Position numbers and translations under genes: made by a program. This document shows positions 25,833 to 39,200 of a DNA stretch of 64,000 nucleotides, one piece after another. Positions within the stretch are counted from its first letter, which is position 1, and each line of letters begins with the position of its first letter. Source of the DNA: a virus (Duplodnaviria; Caudoviricetes); the IMG/VR virus record IMGVR_UViG_3300025084_000012, positions 15,125-79,124 of that record. One strand, given 5' to 3'. The notes under the pieces were generated by a model. The model did not search any database, was not told the origin of the DNA, and saw nothing but the letters and a program-made list of their open reading frames with translations.

Positions 25833-27257
25833 TCACTCACCCCTCTCTGTAAATTTAGCAGTCTTGCTACCACCGACTTTTTCACCAGTAGCAACGCCGA
25901 CCACACCTCTACCCATACCTCTCCCTATGATGAAACCATCGCCTGATACACCGTGTCCAACAATCTCTGTTACGACGACTGAAACAATTTCAACATCGCC
26001 AAACAGAGCCATGTTCTTCTCAAGAATCTGCTCGATGCTATCAACTTGGTCACCAGAATTTTTAGTACCTTGAAGTATACCCTGTAGAACGCCTTCAACG
26101 CCACTGTCTACACTCAGGAATACAAGGTCAGCGACGTTTTGAGAGAATTTATGTCTTACTTCGACTAAGATTTTTCTTTGTCCATTATACTCGATAATCA
26201 TACCGGGTCGCAAGTCCCAACTATTCGGATGACCTGCGCTCGTGAGGTTACCAAGCATGACTGCATTTGCTTTCAGTATGTTACGACCAGTCTCTCTTGC
26301 TTGTTCGTTACTACGAACAGTGAAGTCACCAACAATCTGTGGTTCCTCTAACACCTCACCAGCCCGACCTGACTGTTTTTCTGAGTTGTTTACTTCAGCA
26401 AACGCAGTATCGTTTACAGCCGTTGGTAGACCCTCTACAATTACTCTGTTCGATATGTTTTCAATTGGGTTATTGATTGCTGGGCCAGTACGAGCATAGT
26501 GGTCGATAAATCGACTCTTCTCCTCAAACTGGAATGGGACGTAAAGCAAGTTACCAAACCTGTCAAAGTGGATGACTCGGCCATCATGACGGCTAATGAA
26601 CCGTAGAGCATCAACAAGCGTAATACCATGAAAGTCTACACCAACGAAACTGTTGCTGTGTAGTCTTCTATCAACTTGAGAATTGCTTGGACTCAATGGC
26701 AGTGCGATGTTTACAGACGTAAGAGAATCAGCGATGTCTCTGCTGATGCGTATAGCCAAGTCTGTTGTTCTTAAGCCAGCATCAATTGGTTGTCCGAAGT
26801 GAGCCTGTGTTTGAGAAAAACCCAGTTTACTAAGTGTCTTACCCTTCATGTTTCTTACAGCAAAAGTGGTTCCAGTGCCACTATTAACAACTGAAGATGT
26901 TCGCAGTCTTTCACTATCGACACCCTTACCATAAAGCAGCACTGGTTTGTTTTTATCGCTGTCACTGGTAATGCTTGAACCTAAGTAAACCACAGAGCCT
27001 TCGTAGTTTCGCCCATGCGTGCCTGTGTGTTTTAGGATAACAGAATCCTGTAGTTCTGTCATGGTGTAAGTGTGTGGTGTAGAGACAGCATAGGTGGTGG
27101 TTTTGCGTTGCCTCACCGTGACCTTCTTCTCCAAGTTCTTCTGTGGTGTATACTCACCAAGATGAAGGGCGTTGTCCACAAACTTTGGTTTACGCACCGC
27201 CTTCATCACAACATCCGTGTCGGCTGTTGCTCGCTTGTCCTTGAGTAAACCCATCAT
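25833..27257 (-). CDS. baseplate hub / tail-tip protein
   Basis: ITLVDALRFISRHDGRVIHFDRFGNLLY and DLRPGMII are hub-like; tail-tip position. Confidence 0.6.
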   Translation of the reverse strand: MMGLLKDKRATADTDVVMKAVRKPKFVDNALHLGEYTPQKNLEKKVTVRQRKTTTYAVSTPHTYTMTELQDSVILKHTGTHGRNYEGSVVYLGSSITSDSDKNKPVLLYGKGVDSERLRTSSVVNSGTGTTFAVRNMKGKTLSKLGFSQTQAHFGQPIDAGLRTTDLAIRISRDIADSLTSVNIALPLSPSNSQVDRRLHSNSFVGVDFHGITLVDALRFISRHDGRVIHFDRFGNLLYVPFQFEEKSRFIDHYARTGPAINNPIENISNRVIVEGLPTAVNDTAFAEVNNSEKQSGRAGEVLEEPQIVGDFTVRSNEQARETGRNILKANAVMLGNLTSAGHPNSWDLRPGMIIEYNGQRKILVEVRHKFSQNVADLVFLSVDSGVEGVLQGILQGTKNSGDQVDSIEQILEKNMALFGDVEIVSVVVTEIVGHGVSGDGFIIGRGMGRGVVGVATGEKVGGSKTAKFTERGE

Positions 27258-30200
27258 GCATCACCACTGTGGTCTGATGTATTGAACGATACATCTTCCT
27301 TATGTCCCTTGCTGTGCAACGATTGACTGAATCTTGGTTTGACGGTGTAGTCTTTACTCTCACCAGTTCTTCTTGGAGCATCACTCTTGAAGTGCTGTAA
27401 TGTGTTTTCACTGATGACAAGTCGAGTAACAGTGCTCTTCAGTGTCGTCTTATCAAAGCCAGTAACCTCTGTTCCCGGTAACTTCGGCCCTTTCGATACT
27501 GGCACAGTGTCGCTACTGCTCTCAACAAGATACACTGGTTGGTATGGCGCTGATGTGTTAGGATTGGTAGCACGCATGTATGACCCGCTGCTTGCTCTAC
27601 CGTTTGGAGTTGAGTAGGTAAACATTCCATACTTACCACCAGCAGTAGCAGTGAACGCAGTGCTACCGTTTTGCTTGCTATCAGTGTGCAAAGCCAATGC
27701 TGGTCTGAATACCGCTATGTGTTGGTTGTCGAGGAGTCGTATAGGTCGCAGCATAAACTGCACTGAATCATCAGCCATGTTTGTCTGACTGGCTACTGAA
27801 CTTGTTGTTTGGTATGGGTTGCTTGTCTTTGTACCACTCATACCACTTCGTCCCCAACCTGTATCATCGAATGGACTGGCGAAACTACGAGCCTCCAAGA
27901 TGTAAGTTCCACCCATAGGCTTGAAGTTACTTGTGTGGCTGAATCGCATCACACCACCATGAGGCTGAGCAGCGAAGGACAAGGCTGTCAGGTCGTAGTC
28001 GCCAAGCGTTTGAGAGCCTGACTGCATACCACCATGTAGCACAACTCTCTGACCCACACCTCTGTTAGTGTGTAGACTGTGTGCTTCTGAGTTGATGGCT
28101 ACCATGTTGGCGTTGCTGCCAGTCAAGGATTCTACGGTGTCTCCGTCGATACCAATTCGTGGTGACGAGCGAGAAACAGCATCCTTGTGAACCGATGTCC
28201 CGCTGATGGATTCTACCTTGTCGCTGACTGTTGCTTCAGGTTTGAGTAGTCCGTCCTCATCGACTTCCAACCGAGCACTAATACCTCTGACAATTTCACT
28301 TGGTTGTAGTGCATCGTTTCTTGGTCGAATCAAGCCTTGACCGAATGTAGGTTCAGCAGTGTTGCTTGATAAGACAACACCTGAGTTTTGGTACACTGCA
28401 CTGAGTTCAACCAGTCTGTCCTCATTGAATTGTGTTGGGAATCGTACACCACGTCCGTTACCCATGTCTCCTACTCGTAGTGCGTTGGTAGGAGCAAACA
28501 CATCGACCAACGTGGTGTCTGCATTGTTGTTACCAGTGTTCTTTCTACCACCAAAGCGAGGTATTGTAACCGTTGGAGATGCTAATACTGCACCCGATGA
28601 TGTATCTGAGTCAGCGGCTATTCCCTTGAGATTGAAGATAGGCTTGTTATTGTTCCATATACGGGCGTAAGGTGTTCTACCATTAGTTCTATCATACTCG
28701 TATGCATCTCCAGCATCCCATGATGGATTGATACCAAAACTACGAACAGGCATACGCCTAATATCCTCACCACGAGTGTTACCCCACCAGTCGATGAGAT
28801 AATACGATACAGCATCTTTGTAGAAGTTCTTACCCATACCAGCGGAATCGCCCCACCAATCTCGTATCACAGTGCTGGCATTCTTCAAAGTGCGTAGAGC
28901 GCATCCAAATCCTCTCGTCATTCGTCGTCCATCGCTGTAACGCACCTGCCATTCGTATTTGTCGGCATTCAGCATACCAGCAGCAGTTGTTCCACGCTCA
29001 AGAATACCAACATAGGTAGTCGGTAGGTTGGTACTGCTTTGTGTGCTGTCTCCGCCAGCGTAAAGCCACCCGTTACTTGTTATAGTTTCATACTCAACCA
29101 GTGGCCCTGCTTTGTAACCAACAGCAAGATTGCTTGCACCTGAGTGTGTGGCTTGCTCTTGGAATGCTCGCATACCATAATGACCCCATTGAGGTCTGTT
29201 CCAAGCCTGTCGTAGTCCGAAACGATAACCAAACGGATATGTTCGTATACTGCTAAGTGAAGTAGTGCTCACACCATTAGCAACCGCATAACTACCGTCA
29301 TCATCGTCATCTTTCCAATGTATACCAGCATTATGTGCGTAACTTTGTGGAACGTGCCACGCTGCTGATGACATAGCGTAACCGTCTAATCGACTAATCA
29401 GTGGCCCACCACGACTGCCGCAAGGCCAGTAATTGGTAAGCATGTAAGCCCCACCTTGAGCCGACAAACCACTGATGGAGTTGATGTCTGTACCGCTTAG
29501 AATTTCACCATCACCATCAAGGTATACCTTGTCACCTGCCGCAAGATTACTCTCAAATATCTCAGAGTAAAGAGTGATGTCTGCACCACTAACGCCGTTT
29601 ACTCTACCAAGAACTCGCCCATTAGCAAACAAGACATCTTGGTTGCTCACCCCAGTAACTGTGTCACTCATTGTGATAACGGTAACAGTTGTAGTTGTAA
29701 CCGAACTAACAGTCCCAGCAAGTGCTTTAGGTGGAACAGGTGTCTTCATTTGTAATGTAAGTGGGCCGTGACTTGCTGTATAATTGACATCTTGGTAGTG
29801 AATTGTCTCAAAGTGCTGTGGCATACTGTTGTATGCGGCGTTATTAACGGCTCTGTCTAATGTATGATTGTCACCGTTTGTAATCCAAGTTCGGCTGGCA
29901 TCTGAGTAGAATGTATGAGGCCGACCCAAGTTAGGACTCCAAGCACATAGATATGAGTCAGTTGAGAAAAGACTGTTTGTGTCTCTCGTTCCTGTAAGCA
30001 ACTGACTGAGATTTTTGGTCAAAACACTTTCGTTATCTTTAGTGAAGATGTCGTTTACTGATTTTGTAGAATATGATTTACTCAGTGTTAGTTTTGTGCC
30101 ATCGGCTATGGTAACTCCCGTTGGTAGATGAAACACATCAGGCTCATTCATGGTCGCTGAACTGTGACTCAAGCCTTGCCGAGTTGTATAACTAAACGAT

Positions 30201-33200
30201 ACAGTTTTTCCCGTAGAAGAGTCAATGTATTGCAGTTTTTGTTCGTAATACGGTTTTTCAGGGAACAGAGAAGCGTCATCAACTTGGATAGCAGTCGCTG
30301 AAGAATGCGCTCCGACGACCTTACATGTAGGAGCGAGGCTTACGTTCTCCATAATCTTGGAGTAGATGTCAGGATAGATACTTGGGTAACCAGCCAACGT
30401 CAATTGAGCAGCGACTGCACCATAACTTGCTCGACAGAACTGATAATAGTTGTCGATACGATACAAAGAAAGGTGTCTGAAACCAACAGCCGATGCGTCA
30501 GACGGAGTGCCTTGATGCATAATACTCCACCACGGTATGCTTGTAGTAAAGCCGGGTGTAGCGTCTTTGAACGCTACGTCAGGAGTTGTCGGGTGATATG
30601 GATGACCTCGCCTTGTAAACGAAGGACTTTCCGACCCTTGAACTCCAAGTGGATTATAAAGCAGCATTGGTGGAATGTTAGCCAACTGACTACCGTGGTC
30701 AGGGTCGTGGTCAAGGATGACCTCATTCAAGAATATCTCACAGCCTCTTACGTCAGCCAGCGTAGCCTCAGCAAGAATAAGCGTGACACCACCAATGTTA
30801 GCACCGTCTGTCAAGGTTGAGTGTCGTTCTTCGTCGTACTTGATACCGATGACGAGACTCACTTGCTGACTGGTAAGAACAGCAGTGTTGTTTGAAGGAG
30901 TGGAAACATCGGGTAGAGTAGTTGCTGAAGAGTTGTTCAAGTGGAATCCAGTTACCTGTTGCGAGCGTAAGTTTGGCTGAATGACGATTTGATACGCACC
31001 AACTTCGGCAGGGTCAGGGAAGTGGTTAGCCTGAGTATAGTTACCACCAGCCTCAAGGACAATCGAGTGACCACCAGCCTTGTTCATATCTCCAGCAGTA
31101 CCTTTTGACGCAAGTATACCGTAGCCGTCATACTTGATTTTTGTCTCAAACATTAGCGTAAATGCACCACCGTGAATGTCGCTTGGGCCTGACGGATTGG
31201 CTGTGAGTGAACCTACTCTCAGTGCTGGGTTGAGTGGGAATAACCTGTCTTTAACTGCCGTAGGAACAGAGGTCTGATTGTTTGTTGTACCGTCTACCTC
31301 GACCAAGTTGTCAGCCAGTGTCGTATAATCTTCGTCACGCACTAACGCTAAATGGTCGCTGTTCGCTTTTTCGTATAATCCTTGATAGGCTGGATGCGCC
31401 CAATGACCCGGCATCATTGGCATGGTAGCATTGACAAAGTGATGACCCATACGAGGTATAGGCATTGGAGTGAGTTGTGGTCTACTGTATCTTGAGTGAA
31501 TAGTTGTTAGTGCGTTACCAGTAAAGTATTCTGTATGAGCCATGTCAGGACTGTTACCGCTTACCTCGGCATGGTCACGCAGTCGGCGTGCAGCAAATAT
31601 ACGAGCACTACCAGCAGGGACGTAGTATGACGGTGTGATGGTCAATGCACCAACAGCAAAATTATCAGCCATAAATTGAGTAAAATCAATGTCACCAACA
31701 AGGTCGTCAAACACATCTGAACTTATTGACTCATACGAAGCAATAACGCTTTCACCTGTTGCATTGCTGATTCGTATGAATCGTCGGTTATCGGCTACTT
31801 CTTGTGTTCCAAAGCCAGTAGAGAATATGTTTTCGTTGATAGTAGCGCTCGCTGTAATTGAGGTCGAAGTGTAGGAATCTACTGTAAGGGCTTGATTAAC
31901 CACACCAGCGGAGTGAGTGTAAGTTGTCGGGAACTTTTCAGTGTGGCTGTGACCCATCTTTGTTATATGGAAATACAGTGCTCTGTCTTGCTGCTCATAG
32001 GAACTGCGTAGTGTGTTGTTACCAGTCGCCGTCACCCAGCCGTCACGAGTAGACTCAGGGAAGTTCTCGTCTTGTGAGATGTGCTCCCATCCTACTTCGT
32101 TCATAGTTGGCCCTTTTCTTGGAGATTTGACCACGTTGTCAAACAGATGACCAAGATGTGTTGCTCCCAAATCAGGGTGAATCATACCACCGTCACCAAA
32201 TGTTTCTGTTTGATATGCTTGAATTGGGTCGAATCCACTGCGAATAAGAATGTTGCCGGGAATAGATTCGGGGTCAGGCAATTGAATTTCAAAGTTCGGA
32301 GGTATGCCGCTGTTTGCAGGGACAGGCTGTAGACCACTTGCTAATCTTGTCGATGCAGGTTTATATGCTCTGATGACGATACCCAACGGCGAACCACCTT
32401 CAAGCGTATGCACTTGTCCTGTGTCATCTACAACACTAATATCTTCAAACTGTATTTCTTCGTTTGGTATCTCAAGTACGTTACCGATAGCAATAGGGTG
32501 CTCTTTCGCTAACGTAGGGTGCGCTATCTCTTGTGCCTGTAGAACTGGCATCATAGCCGAGTTTGTTGTCTCAAAAGAAAATCGTATGTTACCATACAAC
32601 TTCTCACCCATCTGATGAGCAGTTCCAGCAGCGCCTCCTACTACTGCATCTTTAACACGAGTAATCCACGGCACTGCTCCTAAACCACGAGCATTGGATG
32701 TCGGCATAGTGACTGTCCCACCATCCATTCGTTTCCATACAACATGCTCTGTACTGAAGTTTTTGTGAGGACTGCGCTTTAATACATCGTAAGCATTGAC
32801 ATCACCAGCCCAAAAGATACCTGATTGAGTAGCATGAGTGGTTGAGGTCATCTGCGTCGATGGGTTGGAATTTGTAATAAAATCAGTAGCAAGGTTTCTG
32901 TTTGCTATACCCGCTGCTTCCTTATGATTTAGAATACCTACGTTCTTGTCAATGTCGAAGAACAAATCACCAGTTTCAGCAAGACACGGCTCAGCGTTTG
33001 ACAAAGATGTGTCTGCTGAAATTGAGCCGTGTAAATGTATCTGAGCGTTGAATGGGCTACTATCTAACACTCCGCTTGCAGTGTAGTCACTAATGGTAGG
33101 AGGCGCTGTGTTATCGGCAATCAAAGCCTCTACGTTAGGCCCAGCGTTAGCAGGTGCTACAAAGCGGTCACTGTGGTGGAATCGTTCGTCCCATTGGGTA

Positions 33201-36200
33201 GTGCCTCCAGCCAACAAGTAATCACCTGTAGAGGTGTAGTTGTCTCTGTCCTTTCTTGCCACCAAACTAAGTTCGCCCTCGTGGGCTACAACCAACAAAG
33301 CACGAGAGTAAGTGCCTTGAGCATGAATCAACTCTTTCTGTATCTCAGGCATGTCTCGCATAACTGGTGGGTTGTTAAACTGAGCACCGTCAGCCCAGCC
33401 TACAACATATGTACCAAACGCTATTGGGTCATCAACGCCGTAAGATACAGAGTCAGCCTCACTATCACCATCACTTGGGAAGTTAGTAAGACTACGACCC
33501 GGTATATCTGTTGGTGGCATACTCTCAGGAGAGTTAGGTAGAGGTGTTGTGTGAGGTAGATGACCAAGTACGTTAGCACAAGATGAAGAGCCGCCATACG
33601 GTGAAAATCCAAGCATAGAGTGCCAAGCCCCAAGACCAGCGGAGAAACCACTGTCTACTGATAATGTGTTTAGATACGAATATCGCTCTCCATGCCATCC
33701 TACTGCTCCGACTGGCTTTGTTCTGTCTATTGCATCAGCGATACCGCTAAAGTGCGTTGCCCCAATACCATAAGTTGTAAAGCGACTACTTGCTGAGTTA
33801 TCCACCCCAATAGTTCCACTCTTTGACCATATCCATACTGTTGTTCCAACAGTGGGATTACCAGTTGTGTTTACAGCAGGGTGTGGGAGCGTTACACCAC
33901 CTACATTTGAACCACTGGTGCTATTGAAAGCCGTTGAAGTATTTGCATAAATGCGCCAAGCCTCTCCGTCTTCAAAGGCTTTTAGACCTGTAAGTTTGTT
34001 ATTTGATAAGTAGAATCGACAAAACAAATCTGTACCATCTCTATAGAACGCACGACTGTGATAAGAAGCCCACGCTGATGATTTGACTGAACTACTTACA
34101 GCACCACCGTAGTCGTGATTAGCCTCTGTTCGCAACCAACCTGACGCTGGAACACGATTAGCATTTGCCTGTTCATCTACACCAGCACCAGCCAAAACTA
34201 CGAGGTCAATGAAGCAATCACCACTCTTCAAATTTGATGCACTTGATGCCGTGTTACCAAGTGTATTATGAATATAGGTAATAGTCACACCCGAGTTTGA
34301 AACATTAGGGGCGGGGTTCACTGTAACAGTGCCTCCCACTGAATCAACAGAAGCAACTACGCTGTTGGCTTGTATACCAGTTCCACTTATGGATTGACCT
34401 GCTTGTATTGTAGCGGGGAATGTTCCAGTAACGGCTATGGCTGCAACACCGCTGGTAACATTTGCAGTGAATGTAACGGGTGCTGTAACGGTTCTTACCA
34501 TAGGAGTGGTGCTTACCACGTTGTTTGAGTAACCATGACCAGCAACATCAGTGGCTCCAGTAACCGTACCAACTGGTGTTGCTCCGCCGTAAACGTCGTT
34601 TCGGATATTTGTTGTTCTCGCTTCTAACCAACCGTATCGGTCTTGACGAGTAGAGTTGCCCATTGATGGCATGAACGTACCACCAATAGCCTTGAGAGCA
34701 CCTTTACCGGGAAACGTATTGATAGCAGCGCCCAGTAAGCAAGCCAACTCTTCTCCGTTCTGACAACGTGTAGCGTCTACAACAATGTATTCGTGGTCTA
34801 CATCGCCATGAACTAATGTTTCTGCTGCAAAATCAGGTGATGAACTGTTATCGTTAGAGTAAAGCATTCTTGTAGCCAAAGTTCCAGCGACTCTAAACGC
34901 AGTCTTGTTAATTTGAGTGGCTCCAGTAGCAAGCGCAACTCTTAGGCTATCGCTTTCTCTTGGTGGGTTCATAGTAATTTGATTATCCATCCAAGAACCA
35001 CCGGGATGGTTGCCATTATCCATGTGCCAACACAAATCAGAGTTCTTGACCATACCTCCGCCATAGAACATAGCGTGTCTACTGGGTTGAACGACAGCGT
35101 ATGCTTTTGCTACGTCATCTGTGAAATTGGAAGCAGTGCTGTAGTGTTCAAAGGCGTTGGTAGTGAGCGAGTTACCGTAGTTTCTACCATTCTCAGGTCG
35201 CTCTCGCAAAAATACGGTATCGGGTATACCAACTGGTGACTCCCAGTTTAACACCTGTCTGTAATGGAATCGGTGCTTAGCCAACTGTGTAGCCGCACGC
35301 TCAGGCATATATTCACCTGTACTATTTTGAATGTGATTTGGTAGGAATGGTCTACTGTTTGTCATATTAGGAACTCTTGACCAAGTGTTACCAGTGCTTA
35401 CAGCGTGACCCGGATGAGGCTCAAAGGTATTTATTGGGCTGGTTACTTCTTGTGTTAGTGGGAATGCTTGTCCCGGCCCGAAAATGATGTAGGTTGTTTT
35501 GTTTTCTACACCGTCACGATGGTCGTTATAGCGAGCCGTTGGATGTGCGAAGCGCAACACCATAGGAGATGGCACTTGCATATGGACACCAGCAGCATAT
35601 GGAGCAAGGTTAGGATGTGTTGAACCTACACCAGCCCATGCTCCTCGCTTTAGGTCTTGAGAAAGAATGTTGTCTTTGTTGTAAACTGGTGGGTTGATGC
35701 TACCATGATGTTGCTTTAACAGTGCAGTTGCTGGGAAGAAAGCCATGATAGCGTTGCAGTCAAGCGTAGAAAAAGAGGAGAGAACTTCATTAGCATTCTG
35801 AATACCAGCAGAACCTGTTGGCCCGTTAGCATACGGATGTGTATTATGCTCCGAGTAATCGTTCTTAGTCCCGTCATTGATGTCTATTGTAGCACCACTA
35901 AAGCCACCACCAAAGTAGAGTGGTACATAGTTATCAGGCCCGTCACGAGCACCAGTAAAGTGAATGATTGGTAAGGAATGCACGCTACCAAGAGAGCGTT
36001 TACCAGCAAACAAATATGCTCTTTTGTCAGCGTATTTTTGAATAACAAGTGTTTCGGCTGGACTCGGAATTGCTGAAGGCCATTTTGAACTTCGTAAGTT
36101 TTCGTCAGATAATTGGCTGAATGCCTTTTCAGAAACAAATCCACCACTGTTTACATTTTGACCCTCTGTAACCGCTGTTTCGATACCGTAACTAATAGAT

Positions 36201-39200
36201 GTTTTATTTCCAAAAGAATCTACTCTTGTGTAATCATGAGTTTGCCCGTTTTCATAGTGATTAACAGATGCTTCTTGACCTGCTGGTTTAGCAAAATGCC
36301 ACATTTCATTATCGCTGTGTAAAGCCATTATAGAAGCAGAGTGAACATTAGTCATTTTTAGCGTTGGATTATCAAGATTTGGTAGAATCAAATCACCACT
36401 TGATTCGATAAAGTTTTCACCAATCAAATTCTTGCGCCATGTGTTGGTGTTAATAGGATTGTTTTGTGAGTCTACAATGTTTGGCGTAGCGGTGTTCGCA
36501 TTATGACCTCTACCCTTTGTTGTAATTTGTATGATTGTCGAAGGAATGTAACCACAGTTTATGCTACGACCTTTAGCGATTAGACCATCACCTATAGGTC
36601 TTGTACCATCTCCTCCTACTGTAACTCCGTCACCGTTTAGTTTTAGACTCTCGACTTCACCATATTCAATATGACTGGCTCTGATACCAACGTCTTGTGA
36701 AAGATTTGCTGTGAAGAAGTTCGATATAGACTCGATGTTACCTTTTGTATTGTAGGCTTTGATGCTGATTGATTCTTCTGTAATTCCCCATTCACCAAAG
36801 GTGCGACCATCAGCGGCGTACATGTCGGTGCAATCAAATGTAGTTCCCTCGTTAGGGTCTGATAAATTGATAGCAGCGGCAGTTACGGCTGCCATTAATT
36901 CATCTGTAACAAGTGTAGTCCAATTAGCGACTGGAGTTATCAAAGCGGAAATAGCATCTGTTTCTTCACCAACAACATAGTTACCGATAGTGAGTTTTGG
37001 TGCAGTGCTACTGTGAGTGTGAATTTTATGCTGAGAACTGTATGTGTCACCAGTTACACCGTGGAATACATGTGTCCCAGTTCTACCAGCATTGTTGTCT
37101 CTTGTACGGTGAGTATAGGAAAACATGTTACCCCAGTTACCGCTAAGTGAGTTAGAGAACGTAAACGTCGCATTTGTACCACCTTGACCGACAACAGTAA
37201 TTGTTTCGCCGTTCGTATAACTACCTTCACCAAGAGAAGTAATCACAACAGCAGTAACTTCTCCACTACCGTTTGTGTCGATACTTAGTGTCATCCCGCT
37301 ACCATCCCCAGTCCCTGTAGCCACTGCTCCTGATAGACCAGCACCATATCCTGAACCAGCGCTTAGTGAACTTACTTCGCCTATATCGTTGTAAGGGTCA
37401 GATAAGTGAATAACACCGTTTTCAACAGGGAATCCCATGTAACCCAGCAAGTCGTGGTGAGGGCAATCATCGTATGGGGCATAGAGTGTAACTGTAATTG
37501 TCTTATCTGTTGTATTGTAAACAACATCTGTGTTGTAAGAAGCGTTGGGAGCAGGTGCTCCTCGCCACAAGTTACCTCTCCAATTTGCAAGCGCTGCGTT
37601 ATCAGGTATGGCTGGGAATCGACCTGTTGGGTCACTTATCCCATGCATGTGCTTACCGATGGTAAATCCACCTTGCGAGCAGTCTTTGTGATTAAAGTAG
37701 ACGACAATTTCATTTTCTAACGTCTTTGGTAGAAGCGTATTATCTAAAGCGAATTTTTCTCCTATGTTCTTGTAGATGTAGCGTATACCATGCTCTACTC
37801 CTCTGTGGTCTTGCAGTCGCATAGCATACATAGATGAATCACCTATACTGTCAGGAAATACCTGAGCAGTAGGAATGTGACCAGTATAAGAAGTAGCAGG
37901 GTCTGTGTTCGATACTTTTGTGAGTTGGCCGTAATCATTAGCAAGTTTATCATTACCCTTTCTACCAAAGCCCCACTGACCAGCATCGGGTGCAAAGCCG
38001 GGAATACCAGCAGAAACAAGGCCACCGAAGTTTATTCGTGCTACAGCGTTTGTTCCTACACGTAGACCCTCTGTGAAAGAAGTGTTGAAGCCTTCAACTT
38101 CAAGCGACTCTGTGTTTAGTGTGTTGTGATTCTGACCGCTACCGCTGTGTGCTGATACGGCACGCAGTCTTGGTGTAGTAGTCTCATCGTGATTATTGGA
38201 AAATTCACCTTTTGACGCAACTACTTGCATTGATTCATCAGGCTGTGTGTACTGTCTTAAAGAAGTAATTGGAGCAAAGGGTCTACCGTGTTTATTAAGC
38301 GGCATCGGTGCTGGGTGCATGTTTTCTCCACTCAGTTCATCAGGCAAACACCAAAATGTTCTGAACCGACCACCGTGACCAATCATAAATTCAGGCTTGT
38401 AAGGAACTTGCCCTTTGCTGTTGTCGAGCCACACCGCAAAGTTACGACCAGTAGCACCGGGAACTGTACTGTGAATAATGACTGAAAATCCTTCTTCGTT
38501 ACCATCTATGTCTCTAACAACTCGACCAAGATGAGCACGAACGTAACCCATGTGTGTTCCTTTATCGTGCGATTCAAACGCTTTATCTTCATCCCACCAT
38601 ACAACAGGGTCGTGAGTAGAACCAGTTGTAGCAAAATCAGCCTCACCAGCAATCTTTACGGGGTATTGTTTGTTTGTGTTGTTACTGTGTGTACGCCCTT
38701 TCTTTGCAGCAGCCTGATTTATCATACGCACAACTTCAGTAGCCGCTGCTTCAACGCTCGTGATACCGTCTCTAACTGCAACTTCACCCAAGTCGATGGT
38801 CATTCTTCTCGTAAAGTCCATCTGAGTCCACTGAGGTAAATGCTGTAGTCTTGTTTCACTCATGTTAGACAGGTCAAGAGCCTCTGAACGAACGCCCTTG
38901 AGGGCAAGGAATGCTGGAATAACACGAGTCCCATCGGGTGTATCAAACAGTGTAGACGTTTCTTCGTTTCTTCTGTTCATGAAGAGTGTGAAACTACCTT
39001 TTCCATCACCGCTTACATTGGCAGTGGCTAATGGTAGAATGTGGAGGCTTCGGTCAGAGATAAAGATGGTATCGCCTTCTTCATAGGAAGTGTCTCCTTG
39101 TCTGTTTATGACAGCAGTAACGACTGCTGCTCCTGAGATAGTAACATCGACGGTCATACCATGACCTTGACCGTTTGTAGTTGTCTTTACGTTGTAGAAT